This document shows positions 28,440 through 41,385 of a DNA stretch of 64,000 nt, piece by piece; within the stretch, counting starts at the first letter, position 1, and the number at the start of each line of letters is the position of its first letter. This DNA is from Eledone cirrhosa (taxonomy: Eukaryota): positions 143,964,001-144,028,000 of the forward strand of contig OZ024742.1 of assembly GCA_964016885.1 (NCBI GenBank). Direction: 5' to 3'. The notes under the pieces were generated by a model that saw nothing but the letters and a program-made list of their open reading frames with translations, did no database searches and was not told the DNA's origin. The position numbers and the translations under genes were made by a program.

Positions 28440-28679
28440 TATGATGAGTAGGTAAAATGTCCATCAACTAACACTAACCTCACAATTTCAACTAAAGTAG
28501 AAAAATAAGATTTTCCTTTTAAAGCCTTTCTTGATCAGAACATTTAAGCTAATCATTTCATGTTACACTTAGAAAAGAACCAGAGATTCTTAAGAATGTA
28601 TGAAATATTTTTTCCTTAGAAAACTAAATGGCAAGGAAACATGACAATATAAAGTACCAAAGGTATAGAGTGGTCGTTA

Positions 28680-29020
28680 TTAATTCTGTTGAAATTAGCT
28701 TTGCCTGTCATCTTTATGAGTGTCGATAGAATAAAGTGTCAGTAACACATTGGGGTTGATCTAATTGACTTTCTCCATCCTGAAATTGTTGGATTTGTGC
28801 CTAAGTCAAAAGCCATTATTATTAATACCAAAGGGTAGTTAATTGGCTGTATTAGTAGAGCATTGCAGCAGTGTTATGGCCCTTTATGTTCTGAGTTCAA
28901 ATCCTGCCGAGGTTAGCTTTGTCTTTCATCCTTACAGGGTATATAGAATAAATTACCAGTTGGGCTCTGTAATTGATTTGACTCTTGTTGGCCATGACCC
29001 TAAATCTGAAACCATTAGTA
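28680..29020 (+). mobile_element. Two decayed family B SINEs
   Basis: GAGTTCAAATCCTGCCGAGG...CTTTCATCC domain repeated. Confidence 0.7.
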
Positions 29021-29335
29021 TCAACTGCAATGAAGATGAATATATATATATAGTAGAGTCTCATACTTAGGTTAGTGAGAATGGATTAATTTCAATCAGT
29101 TAAAATTATTTATCCTGGTAATTTGAAGACAAACTCTTTCTTTAGGAATGTTCAAATCTAAAAACAGCAAGCATGGAAAATAGATCCTATGATATCAGCT
29201 CATTTAAATTTGGGTGGTGGTGGTGGGGTGGGGTGGGGTGGGAGTGAATTTATATAATGAATTAAGAGTGGACCCCGTCTCTATAGCCAATAGTGAAAAA
29301 TATTAACATGTTCAATCTTGTTAGATCTTCTAAGT

Positions 29336-29655
29336 CAGGGGTGTGCAACAGGCGACCCGCGGGACACAATCCGGCCTGCCAGACCAGTCAGAGTTTACGT
29401 GTGATAACCATTTTAAATTTTTACTTTATAGGCTTATTTAGAATTTTTTTCGTAACCGTAATACAATTTTCTGTTAGTTGACCTATACTAAAGGGCTTCA
29501 CTGATAGGGTTATGTGTGTTATAATTTCCCAGTTGCATGTTATGGAAAGAGGTTGTGGTGAATCTTTGGAATAGTGCTTAATAAATATTGATGGCCCTAA
29601 TAGTTGTTCCAATGTTCAAAAGTGGCCCGCCAATGGAATATGTTGCACACTCCTG
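29336..29655. mobile_element. hAT-type MITE
   Basis: TIRs CAGGGGTGTGCAACA / TGTTGCACACTCCTG. Perfect 8-bp TSD TTCTAAGT at 29328-29335 and 29656-29663. Confidence 0.9.
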
Positions 29656-30944
29656 TTCTAAGTGATGCATATTTTCTTTCAGTTGCCTCAATTTAGTAAG
29701 ATTGATATACATTAATTATTATAAATATATCATCATCATCATCATCATCGTTTAACATTCATTTTTCCTTGCTAGCATGGGCTAGACGAGTTGTCCAGTT
29801 GTGAGACAAGTCAGGTCAGAGGACCGTGTCTTGCTCACACAGAACTGTTTCTGGCTTGGTTTCTACAGCTGGATGCACTTCCTAATGCCAACACACATAC
29901 ATGTATAAATAAATATATATGTGTGTGTGTGTGAAAGGGGAATGTATTGGATATTAAGGTAAAGAGTAGTGTTTGAGGAACAATACTTAAAATATATTTT
30001 AAAATAAAGTTGTTTACTTTTGTTTGTTGTAAGAATCACTTTGAAGTAATTGCTTGAACACCATCCCTTCACCAAATAAAAGTTAATCCCTTGGTTTTAT
30101 GTCTTTTGCCATTTACTCACTTACTCTTATAGAAGAAAAAAAATACATATGTGACATAGAGGCTTAGAAAAATGATAAAAGGTTTTGCATCACAGAATTA
30201 CAGAATTAATGCCATACTTAATTTTTAGATGTGATATATTGGAACTGTGTTACGTAAATTTTTACTTCAAGCAGGTAAAATTTACCCTTAATTGAGAATA
30301 CCTGATCTAACATTTCAGTATATATTATGGAAAATTAGTTTAATTTCTAACCTGCTGTTTTGTATCTAAAGAATTGATAAATGGCCTTTCAGCAGATTAA
30401 TCTATCTCAGAGATTCCAATATTTCCAAACACAGTGACATGATATTTTAGTGCATTGCTGATAATCTCTACAAGTTTCATGAATTTAAGTAAAATCTGAT
30501 GATAAATCTGTGTACAACTAGACATGTAACTCATCACATGTGATATGATATTTGGTTTCTAATTTAGGTACAAGGTCAACATTTTGGGGGATGAGGAAAG
30601 TTGATTAAATAGACTGCAGTGTGTTACTGGTACTTTATTTTATCGAGTCCATAATGATGAAAGGGAAAGCTAGCCTTGGCGGGATTTATTCATTCGTTTA
30701 TTAAATTCGTTGACAAAACATAATTAATGTGTCAATGAAATATTTTTAACAAGTGTGTCACCAATGTGAGATGTCTGGGAGATCTTTCCATTTAGAATTC
30801 TGTTCAAAAATGAAATGGACCATACTGTAAAAATGTTCAAATCTGAACATTTTAGTAAATGAATTTTGATTGACTCACTGTTAATTATAACTACAAACAT
30901 AACGAGAACTATTAAAAAGACAATAGTTTGTTGATAGTATAATG

Positions 30945-31130
30945 TAATAATTGTTTCTAATCTTGGCACAAAGCCAGTAATTACTTTAGAGTATTACTGG
31001 TGCTTTATTTTATTGAACCCGTAAGGATGAAAAGCAAAGTTAACCTCGGCAGGATTTAAACTCAGAACGTAAAAGGCCATAACTCCATGCTGCAAAGCAT
31101 GGTGTCTGGTGCTCTACAGATACTGACTTC
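30945..31130 (-). mobile_element. Family B SINE
   Basis: Homologous to 13398-13582. Confidence 0.75.
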
Positions 31131-31413
31131 AATGTAATAATGAATGTTGCTAGCATCACAATAATAATGACATAGAAAATGATGGTGATGATGATGATTC
31201 TTAATTTTTAATAATAATGATAAAAAAGATGTTGGAAATGACAGTCATTCTTTTTTGCACCCTAAAAAATATAATTTTTTTTAGGAAATTGTAATTGAAT
31301 AAAATGATTCCAGCAAGTATGTTGTCTCAAATTATCTGCATACTGAGACATATCTTAGAGGCTTGTTTCAGTGTTTGGTTGTCTCTCTCTCTCTCTCTCC
31401 ATATATATATATA

Positions 31414-31551
31414 TAACAAAGGAATTGTGGTAAGGAACCAGATGGACCATAACGCACCAGAGTACTCAATACTTAGGGTAGTAGAGTGGGAAATAGGAAA
31501 AAGTATGACCCCTACGGCAGAGCTCAAGCCGTTTCGACAGGTATTTTTTTT

Positions 31552-31556
<5 letters not shown>
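31414..31556 (+). mobile_element. Family H hairpin-ended repeat, copy 2
   Basis: GTGGTAAGGAACCAGATGGACCATAACGCACC... body nearly identical to 24143-24220, flanked by (TA)n. Confidence 0.85.
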
Positions 31557-31615
<59 letters not shown>

Positions 31616-32559
31616 CACCACACACATTTATCATTATATCTTGTTAACTGATATTAAGAAGCAGCAAAAGTAAAAAGTGTAAAATCACAAAAGTATCTTT
31701 TGTTTCTGCCAAACAAGATATTGTACAAAAACTAAAACACAGCGGAATATGTAATACATTATTAATAGATTGCATAAATATACATAAAAACTATACTTAC
31801 AATAGAATGATGCTTAGTTTATTACAAAGCTAAATAAACACTTTGCAGTTTATACCGATAGATTATACATAAAAGTTACATACTGAAATACAAAGTCTGC
31901 TGCTATTTAAACACACACTCCTATACTTGTAACGTTTGATAAGTTATATCTGGCAAGAAGTAGAAGACATTAAATTCTGGTGACATTAATCTTTCATTAA
32001 ATTTGCAAAAGTTTCTGCTTAAGTATAGTACAAGATAGAGTCACTGTTCTATGAGAACAGCTCACTGTCTGCGAACCCCCAAAGGACAAGTGAAAACTGA
32101 ATGCAAATGTGTTTTCACACCTCCGATGAGGTATGTTCAAATAAATAAACCAGATGAATTCTTTAACATTTACAGCTCTACACAGAAATAGCAGCCTTCA
32201 ATTACAGGAAGATGTAATATCAGTCATAGTTAAAATGCATTTCGTCAATCCTTGAGAGTATCTTGGTCAGCCTATAAACTTTTTTAGTTTATAGGCTGAC
32301 TAATGCTTGTTGTCCCATCTTATTCTTGTAATTTCCTCCCTAGCTGGGCCAAGAACATGATGATCATCCAAGTATCATAATGGGGTAGCATAGGTGATAT
32401 GATAAAACCCACCTAGACTATTCTGTAAAGTAGCAGTGCTGGTGGCACAACAAAAAACACTCAGTTTACTCCTAAAAATATGCAAATGGGCCTTAGAGAA
32501 ACCACTGCAGATCCTCTTCCAAAGTTTCCTTGCAAATAGTAAACTCCTTGAGATATTGA

Positions 32560-32850
32560 AGGAAATCCTAATAAGTTCTATCCATAAAGGATAGGTTATA
32601 AAAATTACAAACCCATCTCTCTGAATTCACATATCAGCAAAGTCAAGGAAACAAGTTATTGGAAGGAAACTGATCGCATTTTTAGAGGAAAATAACTTAC
32701 TAAGTAGCACCATCATGGTTGTTGTCCAAGAGGGAGCTGCCTTGCACAGCCTTTACGGTATTATGATTGGGTACTGAAACACCTGCTAAATTGCTCAAAT
32801 GTGGATGTGTTAAATCTCGATTTTGCAAAGGACTTCAATAAGGTTGCATT
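32560..32850 (+). mobile_element. CR1-like LINE RT fragment
   Basis: 'HG..PRGSCLAQ...YDWVLK.L...NVDVLNLDFAKDFNKV' remnant. Confidence 0.7.
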
Positions 32851-33888
32851 TGGTAGAATGTGGGACCGTATGTGAGATGTGAACCCCTGTAGCCCTGCTT
32901 CAGTACTGACTCTGTCAGTGAAGACCCACCCAACCACTGCTAGTAAGGAAAGCAGACTTTATATGATGATGGTATGTATATATATAAAGTGGTCATATAG
33001 GTGTAATAACAAAAATCACCCAGCCCACACTGTAAAGTGGTCATGTAGGAGTCACAACAAAAAACTATCCAGCCCACACTGTAAATGTGGTTGGCATTAG
33101 GAAGGACATCCAACCATAGAAACCTAGCCAGAATCATTTCTATTTGAGCAAGACACAGTCACCTGACCCAACTTGCTTCTAATGGTACAACCCATCTAAC
33201 CCATGCTAGCGTAGAAAATGGACGTTAAATGTTGATGATGATGATGATATATACATTATACATACACATGCACAAATACTTTCATATTTGTATGAAAAAT
33301 TGGTTACATTACAGCTCCACCCGAATTAAACATTTCAATGAATTTCAACCTTAGCTGTCTGACGCCAAACCAACAACAGCTGCCACACCATAAAGGTTAT
33401 TAAGTTTGTCTTAGTGATTCTCTTATCATTCTTCCACTAGATTTAACTGAATATTTGAAATATTTCAAATATACTAATTGATAGCAAAAATGCAAGCAAG
33501 CATGAAACTTTATTAGGTTTGGCTACCATCATTAAGTCTATGAAACATGTGAAATGTTATTGTTGTTAACATCACAATTAAAATTCCAGATGCAAGATAC
33601 AATTCCACCACACACACATGCACACAAACATACACACACAGGCATATATATATATATATATATATACAACAGCCAGAAGGCTCTACATAAATACAGGTCT
33701 CACCACAAGTGATTGGAAAAGAAGCATTACTTAGCTACATGAGGAAAAAAACTATCTCTGCCAATTAACTCTTTCATGACCATGAGAGTAATGATGATGA
33801 TGTGCACCCCCTTCACCCCTGCCATATTCCTGATGCACCCTTCCTGTCCAGACTAAGCATATATGGAAACAGAACAAATTCTATTATA

Positions 33889-34086
33889 TGAGTGTTGGCT
33901 GAAAAGTTCCTAGGATGACTATGAAGTAGTGATGCTAGAGGTGTGAAATCTTGCATGCATTAATTTCAACTCTTCATAATAATAACTGCATTGTTTCTTT
34001 CCAGGGACTATGTCGAAAAATAAAATGCATTTGGTCATTCTATGAGAGTATCTTGGTCAGCCTATGAACTTTTCAGTTGACCCTTG
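33889..34086. mobile_element. Mariner-derived MITE
   Basis: Same family as 28242-28439, flanked by TA. Confidence 0.85.
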
Positions 34087-34597
34087 TATATTGCCATGTG
34101 CAACCCCTTGACATGTGAATTGTTCTCCCACTGTGGAATGCCTCCCACCAGTTAACAACCAGCCTAATGCTTGTTGTCCCATCTTACTCTTGTAATTTCC
34201 TCCCTAGCTGGGTCAAGAACATGATGATCATCCAAGTGTCATAATGTGGTAGAACAGGTGACATGATAAAACACACCTAGTCTATCCTGTAAAGTAGCAG
34301 TGCTGGTGCCACATCAAAAAGCACTCAGTTCACTCTGTAAAAACAATTGTCTTATTGCCATCACAAAATTTATCCAGTCCACTCTGTAACATGGTTGTGC
34401 AGGTGTCATGACAAAAAACAACCAATTCAGTCGGGAAAGTAGTAGTGTTGGAGCCATGAAAAATGCTCCCTGTTCACTTTGTAAAACGGTTAGGATTAGG
34501 AATGGCATCCAGCTTTAGAAAACCAAACCAAACATTATGCTTATAAGCAAGACACAATCACTTGACCTGTCTTGACATGATGGTGATAATGATAACT

Positions 34598-34942
34598 ATC
34601 ATCATCATCATCATCATCATTTTACGTCCACTTTTCCCTGCTTGCAAGGGTGGGACGGGAACTGATTCTGGCTTGATTTCTACAGCTGGATGCCCTTCCT
34701 AACACCAACCTCATCTACAGTGAGGGCTGGGTGCTTTTTTGCCGTGGCACCTCCACGACCACTTTGCAGTGGAATGATAGGGACCCCAGTCTCTATCATC
34801 TCATTTCTACAGTTGAGTAAACTGGAGCAATGTGAAATAAAGTGTCTTGCTCAAGGAAACAACACATCACCCGGTCTGTGAATTGAACTCACAACCTTTC
34901 GATTGCAAGGCCAATGCTCTAACCACTAAGCCATGTGCCTCC
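34598..34942 (-). mobile_element. Family A SINE
   Basis: Near-identical to 59430-59824, with one fewer internal repeat unit. Confidence 0.92.
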
Positions 34943-34959
34943 AACTATATGTGTATATA

Positions 34960-36580
34960 AAAGGGAAGTTTTAGAAAACATGTACAATATCTGAAAGTAG
35001 GAGGCTTGTCAATGTCCTGCAATGTGAGGATCAGAAGCATGACGTGTTCTGGCTGCAAAGAAGTGTATCAATGTGAATCAGAATGCTCTTAGGGAAAAGA
35101 GGATTTGGAATGATACTGATGCACTTAACCTCATTGATGCTCAGAAAAAAAGTGGTCTGGAAATCTTATTTTGAGAGGCTGATAAATGTGGAGAATGAGT
35201 TGAAGGAAGAGAGACTCTAGTAGACCCAACATAACGGACAACTGGCTATCAAAGTTGACAGTTTTAAAGTAAAAAAAGCAATGACGGATAAGAAAGACAG
35301 GGAAGCGTCTGATCCATCCGAGTAATTCTAAAATGATCTGGGGAACTATGACTCCCATAGGCAATCAGATAATACATATTGGTGTCATACTCAATGATTG
35401 GCAGAATGTTACAATCATTAAATGTTACAAGTGAATAAGTGAGACTCTAGAAAGGAGCAACTACAAAAGCATAAAACTGATGGATTAAGTTATGACGGGT
35501 ATAGAAAGAGTGCCACCATAACTTGTTAGGAAAAGAATCAAATTAGATGTGATGCAGTTTGGTTGTGCTAGGAAGGTGTACCTCTGCTGCTCTCTTCTTA
35601 GAGAGACAACTACAAAAGAAGTTCCTAACATAGTGCAGGTTACTATATCTATCTTTTATAGATCTGGAAAAGACCTTTAACAAAGAAACATGGTCTGTTA
35701 TCTTGTGGTCCCTAAGGAAACTTGGTGAAGATGAGTGGCCTGTGAGAACAGTGCAGGCCATGTACAAAGGTTCGGTCAGTAAAGTATGAGTGGGCAATGA
35801 GTTTAGTGAGGAATTTAAAGTGCATGTAGGTTTTCATCAAGACTCTGCCCTCAGCCACCTCTGGCTTATTGAAGTTCTACAGGCCGTAACAGAGGAGTTT
35901 ATGATCAACTGTTTTTGGGAACTTCTGTATAATGATGACCTGGTTGTTATACTTGAATCTGTAGAAAAGCTAGGAAAGACATTTATATTGTGGAAACTGA
36001 GGTTTCCACAATATAAATGAGGAAAAAAGGTTTCAGAAATACATTTAACAAAGACCAAAATTTTAGTAAGTGGAAAAAAAGACGACACACATTTCACCAG
36101 GGAAGTGGCTCTGCTCAATATGCAAATAAAAGGAATAGCTAGAAACTTTATACAATGCTCACAATGTAAAGTACAGGTACATAAGAGGTGTAGTAGGGTG
36201 GTAGCCAGACTAAGAGAAAAAGTAGGCTTTGTATGTGGCAGATGCACAGGAATAGTTGATAGTAAGAGCATCAATGAAATAAACTTTTCCCAATGTTAGG
36301 AATGTCCCATAGAAGTAGTTTTATTACTTATAAGCTTTCATTAACTAGTTAATCTAATTAGTAGTGGTGGAAATTGCTCTAAAAGCATAGCAGCTGGGAT
36401 AAGAACAGGGTTACTAAAGTTAAGGAAACTACTACATTTGTTGACAATAAAAATTTTCTCTCTACAAGTGAAAAGTAAATTGTATGATGACTGAACAATG
36501 CTGCATGGCAGTGAGACATGTGTAAGGATTCTAGAGGATATGTGAAGACTGGAGAGGAATGAAGTGAGCATCATTCATAT
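34960..36580 (+). mobile_element. Degenerate RTE LINE
   Basis: Frameshifted RT motifs (FIDLEKTF, VGFHQDSALS, LLYNDDL), the Cys finger and LHGSET. Confidence 0.88.
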
Positions 36581-36871
36581 TTATATAACAGTTAAGATAT
36601 TTTTTGTGATAAACTTAAATGCTACATTTATATAAAAACTAAATACGATAGAAACAAATGCGAGGTACCATCTGTGGAAATCTATCCTTTACACAGAATC
36701 ACTAAGCTAAGAGGATCAGACAGATTTTAACATTAAATTTAGCAAACATAAATATGTTACTGAATTAAACTGCAATATTGTTATTACTGTCATGACAACA
36801 AACAGAACGAAAGCAATCACTTAACTGCCAGCAAGAGATACTAATTTTTTCTTATATATATATATATATAT

Positions 36872-37172
36872 GGTGTAGCTTATTTGTTAGTGTTGGAGTT
36901 CAATTCCTGGACTGAGTGATGCATTGTGTTCTTGAGCAAGACCCGTTATCTTATGTTGCTCCAGTTCACTCAGCTGTAGAAATGGGTTGGGATGTCCCTG
37001 GTGCTAAGCTGTATCTGGTGCCTTTTCCTTTCCTTTAGACAACATGGAGAGGGGAAACTGGCATGCATGACTGCTGATCTTCCATAGAAACATCTTGCTT
37101 GGACTTGTGCCTCAGAAAGGAAGCTTTCTAGATGCAAATCCCATGGACATTCATGACCAAAGGGGGTCTTTA
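36872..37172 (+). mobile_element. tRNA/CORE-type SINE with a different 3' tail
   Basis: B box GAGTTCAATTCC and the shared CTTGAGCAAGAC...CTCAGCTGTAGAAATG core. The tail is also seen in reverse at 58270-58450. Confidence 0.75.
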
Positions 37173-37174
37173 TA

Positions 37175-37208
<34 letters not shown>

Positions 37209-38254
37209 GATTCTCAAGACATGTCAGAGAGTAACCATAGTTAAAAAGGTTACTCAATACATTTCATATGAATAAAACAATTCTAGTCCAGTCATTTATA
37301 TATATATATATGTAAAAGGTAAACAGAAATAACAACACAATCGGTATACATGCACCATCTTCACAATTTTATGCTGGCATGTATTGGAGAGTCATCGTGA
37401 TCCTGATCCATGACTAAATGGGTTGTAAAATAATCCAACCCTTACTATCAGGGGAAGCTGATGATGAACCATGTGTGGGCCAACAAGAAATATCAATTGT
37501 CATCTTAAGTGTTACAATTATTATAACATGAAATATTTTCAATTCACTATTTTTCAAGGACTATAGAATTGTTTTTAGTTTATAATTTCATAACAAACAA
37601 AATGTAATATAGCCTTAAATTCTATGATACTTTTATAAGAATGAGTAAAATGTTTTAAAATAAATGTTATGATCAAAAGGAGCTGCAAGTGAAAAGTTTG
37701 AAAAATATTGGTTTACAGTTTAATGGTTAGGGTAATTCTAAGCCTTTGATCTCTAATTTCAAGCAACACTAATGAGTTAGAATTGCCATGGATATATCAC
37801 TGTCAGCAAGGGAATACATACATAGATACATACATAAACATTACACAAACATATACACACATATATATATATAAATAGAAAGAGAGATAAGATAGATGAT
37901 CAGATTGCGTTATACACATACATGCACTTTTGAGAATATATATATATATAAGACTAGATATAGTTACCATGAAGAACAACAGAAGAGATTAGTTCTTTAC
38001 TGCCTTAATAGAAAACTTGTGAATGAAGGGAAAGAAAAAAATAAAGATAATGCATAACACAGACAAAAAGAGTGAGAGACCTGATGCAGAGAAATAAAGA
38101 TTTTGATGGGAATAACAACAAAAAAAGTTAATCCTTCACAATAGCAGGTGCAAAACTGGCAGCAACAGGATGAAATAGTCTGAGTAATTTATGATACTTA
38201 GTTATGAGTTTAGGTGGGTGTGCGTAATACATACATTGACATAAAACACATACT

Positions 38255-38649
38255 ATCATCATCATTTCATCATTTCATTTTATGTCCGCTTTTCCCTGCT
38301 TGCAAGGGTGGGACGGGAACTGATTCTGGATTGATTTCTACAGCTGGATGCCCTTCCTAACACCAACCTCATTTACAGTGAGTGCTGGGTGCTTTTTTTC
38401 CATGGTGCCTACACGTCCACTTTACAGTGTGGGCTGGGTGCTTTTTTGCCGTGGCACCTCCATGACCACTCTACAGTGGAATGATATGGACCCCACTCCC
38501 TATCATCTCATTTCTACAGCTGAGTAAACTGGAGCAATGTGAAATAAAGTGTCTTGCTCAAGGACACAACACACCACCCGGACTGAGAATTGAACTCACA
38601 ACCTTTCGATTGCAAGGCCAATGCTCTAACCACTAAGCCATGTGCCTCC
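38255..38649 (-). mobile_element. Family A SINE
   Basis: Near-identical to the other family A copies. Confidence 0.92.
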
Positions 38650-38671
38650 ATTACATGTGTGTGTGTGTATG

Positions 38672-38707
<36 letters not shown>

Positions 38708-38708
38708 A

Positions 38709-38747
<39 letters not shown>

Positions 38748-38758
38748 TATATATATAT

Positions 38759-38904
<146 letters not shown>

Positions 38905-39085
38905 TACAAATGGATAGATATGTAAGTATATTTGAATATACATTTAAATTTTCCCATTTGTGATCATAGTTAATTAAGATATATAATAATTTTTGCATCA
39001 AGCAGCCAAAGTATATGTATATATGCACTAATAATATGCAAATTAGTCTATTTTAGGATACTACTATAAGTGATAGGTTATTTAA

Positions 39086-39285
39086 CCCTTTAGCATTATT
39101 TACATTATTCTATATATACTATTGTATTTTCATGGTAAAGGCTTTATCTTACATAGTATCGAATCTATGAGATTTTGATGTTACTTATTTTGAGAACAAT
39201 ATCTTAACATCAGTCTGAGTGGCCAGTTTGAACAGAAGAAGTGAGAGAATTCTAGCTGGATATGGCCGGTTTAAATGCTAAAGGG
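39086..39285. mobile_element. piggyBac-type (TTAA) MITE
   Basis: TTAA-CCCTTTAGCATT...AATGCTAAAGGG-TTAA. Relatives at 43367-43571 and 51594-51808. Confidence 0.88.
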
Positions 39286-39332
39286 TTAAGCCCCTCAGTT
39301 ATGTATTTCCTTGTCGTTTTTATGATATACAT

Positions 39333-39377
39333 ATCTTCTGATGAGGACACAACTAGGTCTGAAAATCGATTAAAGAT
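39333..39377 (+). ncRNA. Type I minimal hammerhead ribozyme (Penelope-like)
   Basis: AUCUU-CUGAUGA-GGAC(ACAACUAG)GUCU-GAAA-AUCGAU-UA-AAGAU: intact core, 5-bp helix I, 4-bp helix II and palindromic helix III (AAUCGAUU). Confidence 0.72.
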
Positions 39378-39559
39378 GTTTATCATTTCTTCTATTTACA
39401 TGGAAATATGTATATTTGGCATGTTTACATGTCTATATACTAAAAATGTGTAAATTTATATACACATTTAGACAGTCTTAGTTACCTCTATTCTGTATAC
39501 ATACAAGATTTAGCCCAAAAGTAAGAGTACTGATGTTTTATTTAAATGTATATTAGATG

Positions 39560-39965
39560 TATATGAAATTACAAGTTATCTTCTTCAAAACATGACCCTT
39601 GGAAAGTCACTCAGTGCTTCCAACATATTTTCCATTGGTTGTAGCAGTACCGGAAGTCATTATCTGTTAGTGTCCTTAGCTCATTGGTTATATATTTTTG
39701 TGTTTTCCCCAGTCCCAAATTGATCTGGGCTGTAGGGAGGTTGTGGAAGAGTGGGAATGTTTTTCTTCATCAGAAATTCTCTAATTGAAAGTGCTATGTG
39801 GGCAGGTGAGTTATGGTCCTTTAGGACTCACTGGACCTGTTTTCAAGGTCGTTCCAAGACATCTTTGTTGAAGGTGCGATTGACAAGGTTATAACCATCA
39901 TGCTTATAACATCAACAAGATCCTGCGTTACCATGTCATACATAGAAAAATCAGTACCCTTACTT
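39560..39965 (-). mobile_element. Decayed mariner fragment
   Basis: Minus-strand 'PYSPD' (~39720-39740) and C-terminal 'WK.CWKH*VTFQGSCFEED'. Confidence 0.6.
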
Positions 39966-41032
39966 TTGGGACAAACCTCGTATCATCATCATCATTGTTT
40001 AGCATCCACTTTGCATGCTAGCATGTATTATATATATACAAACCATATATTATATATATCATCATCGTTTAACGTCTATCTTCCACGCTAGCATGGGTTT
40101 AGACGGGAATTGTCCCACTTGGGGCAAGATTGATTGTCTTGCTCAAGTAGGACTGTCTGGCAGGTTTTCTACAGCTGGATGCCCTTCCTAACACTAACCA
40201 CGTTTACAATATATATCATCATCATCATCGTTTAACGCCCATATTCCACGCTTATAAAACATAACTGCAAATGACCTATCATAAATGCAAACAAAGTGAT
40301 TCTAACACTACACAATCCACAAACTAAAATAAATAGTGATAGCATACCTAAAGCTACCATACTAGCCATAAAGTAAAAAGCTGGTCATTTTTCTCGGAAC
40401 AATACACCAAAAACTCCCATGTATAACAATGATCAAACTTATACTAATTACTGGTACAGGGATGATGGATGTCAAGGGGTTACAGCTGTCATATTACATG
40501 GTCTTTATATATCTGCAGTGACAAAATCTTGCTAAATAAAGAAAGGGTCAGAAGGAGTCTTCAGTTGTGTCCAAAGACAGGACAACTTCTCTTGTGCTGA
40601 TCCCACAATATAAGGTACACTTTGTAGCATAAAGCAATGATATATAATTGAGATAAAACTCCTCTTTCAGCCTATCTGAGTACCACCAATTAAGTTATGA
40701 CTTGGTTGGCAATGACATGACCAACTCTTGTTCACAAGAAAAGTGAATATTAAATAATGATATATATATATTTAATACATGTGTAAGGAAAATGGCACAG
40801 CATTTATATAATACCATGAATGCAATTTTGATGGCATGTATAGCATATATAAAGAAAAACACTCTAAAAATAAATATTTGCATATATCTGAAATACATAT
40901 ACATTGTATATTATACAGTAAGTAATACTTCGCTTTATGTCAATTTTGCTCTTTGGCTTACGTCCAATTGGCCTTCATGAGTAAATTTCAGGTCACTCAA
41001 CAATATCACCTACTCTCAGGTCCCAAATAATA

Positions 41033-41385
41033 AGGAAGGAGGTACATTTGCTTAAATTCTTATAAGCATGGTGGTGGTGGTGGTGGGGAAAATCAGTAAT
41101 TGTATAGTGTACATTCGTAAATATGGGATTTCTTGTAATGTTTTTTTTTTGTCATATATGTTTTTTTAATGTAAAATATAATTATTATTAGATTCTCCAG
41201 CTGCTGTGTCAATATGAACCACTTACAATAAAATTTAATTGGAGATTAGCAAAATTTAATAAATTTAATAATGGATGGGGGGGGGGGGGATGCTGGAATA
41301 AAAGAGGGTGATTGGAAAAAACTGAAAAATTAATAAGTGGTGGTGGTGGGGTTGGGGGGGGGGGGGGGTATTCAAGACCTGAGAG
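41033..41385. mobile_element. TA-flanked MITE nested in the Tigger element
   Basis: TA-CTCTCAGGTC...GACCTGAGAG-TA. Confidence 0.7.
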
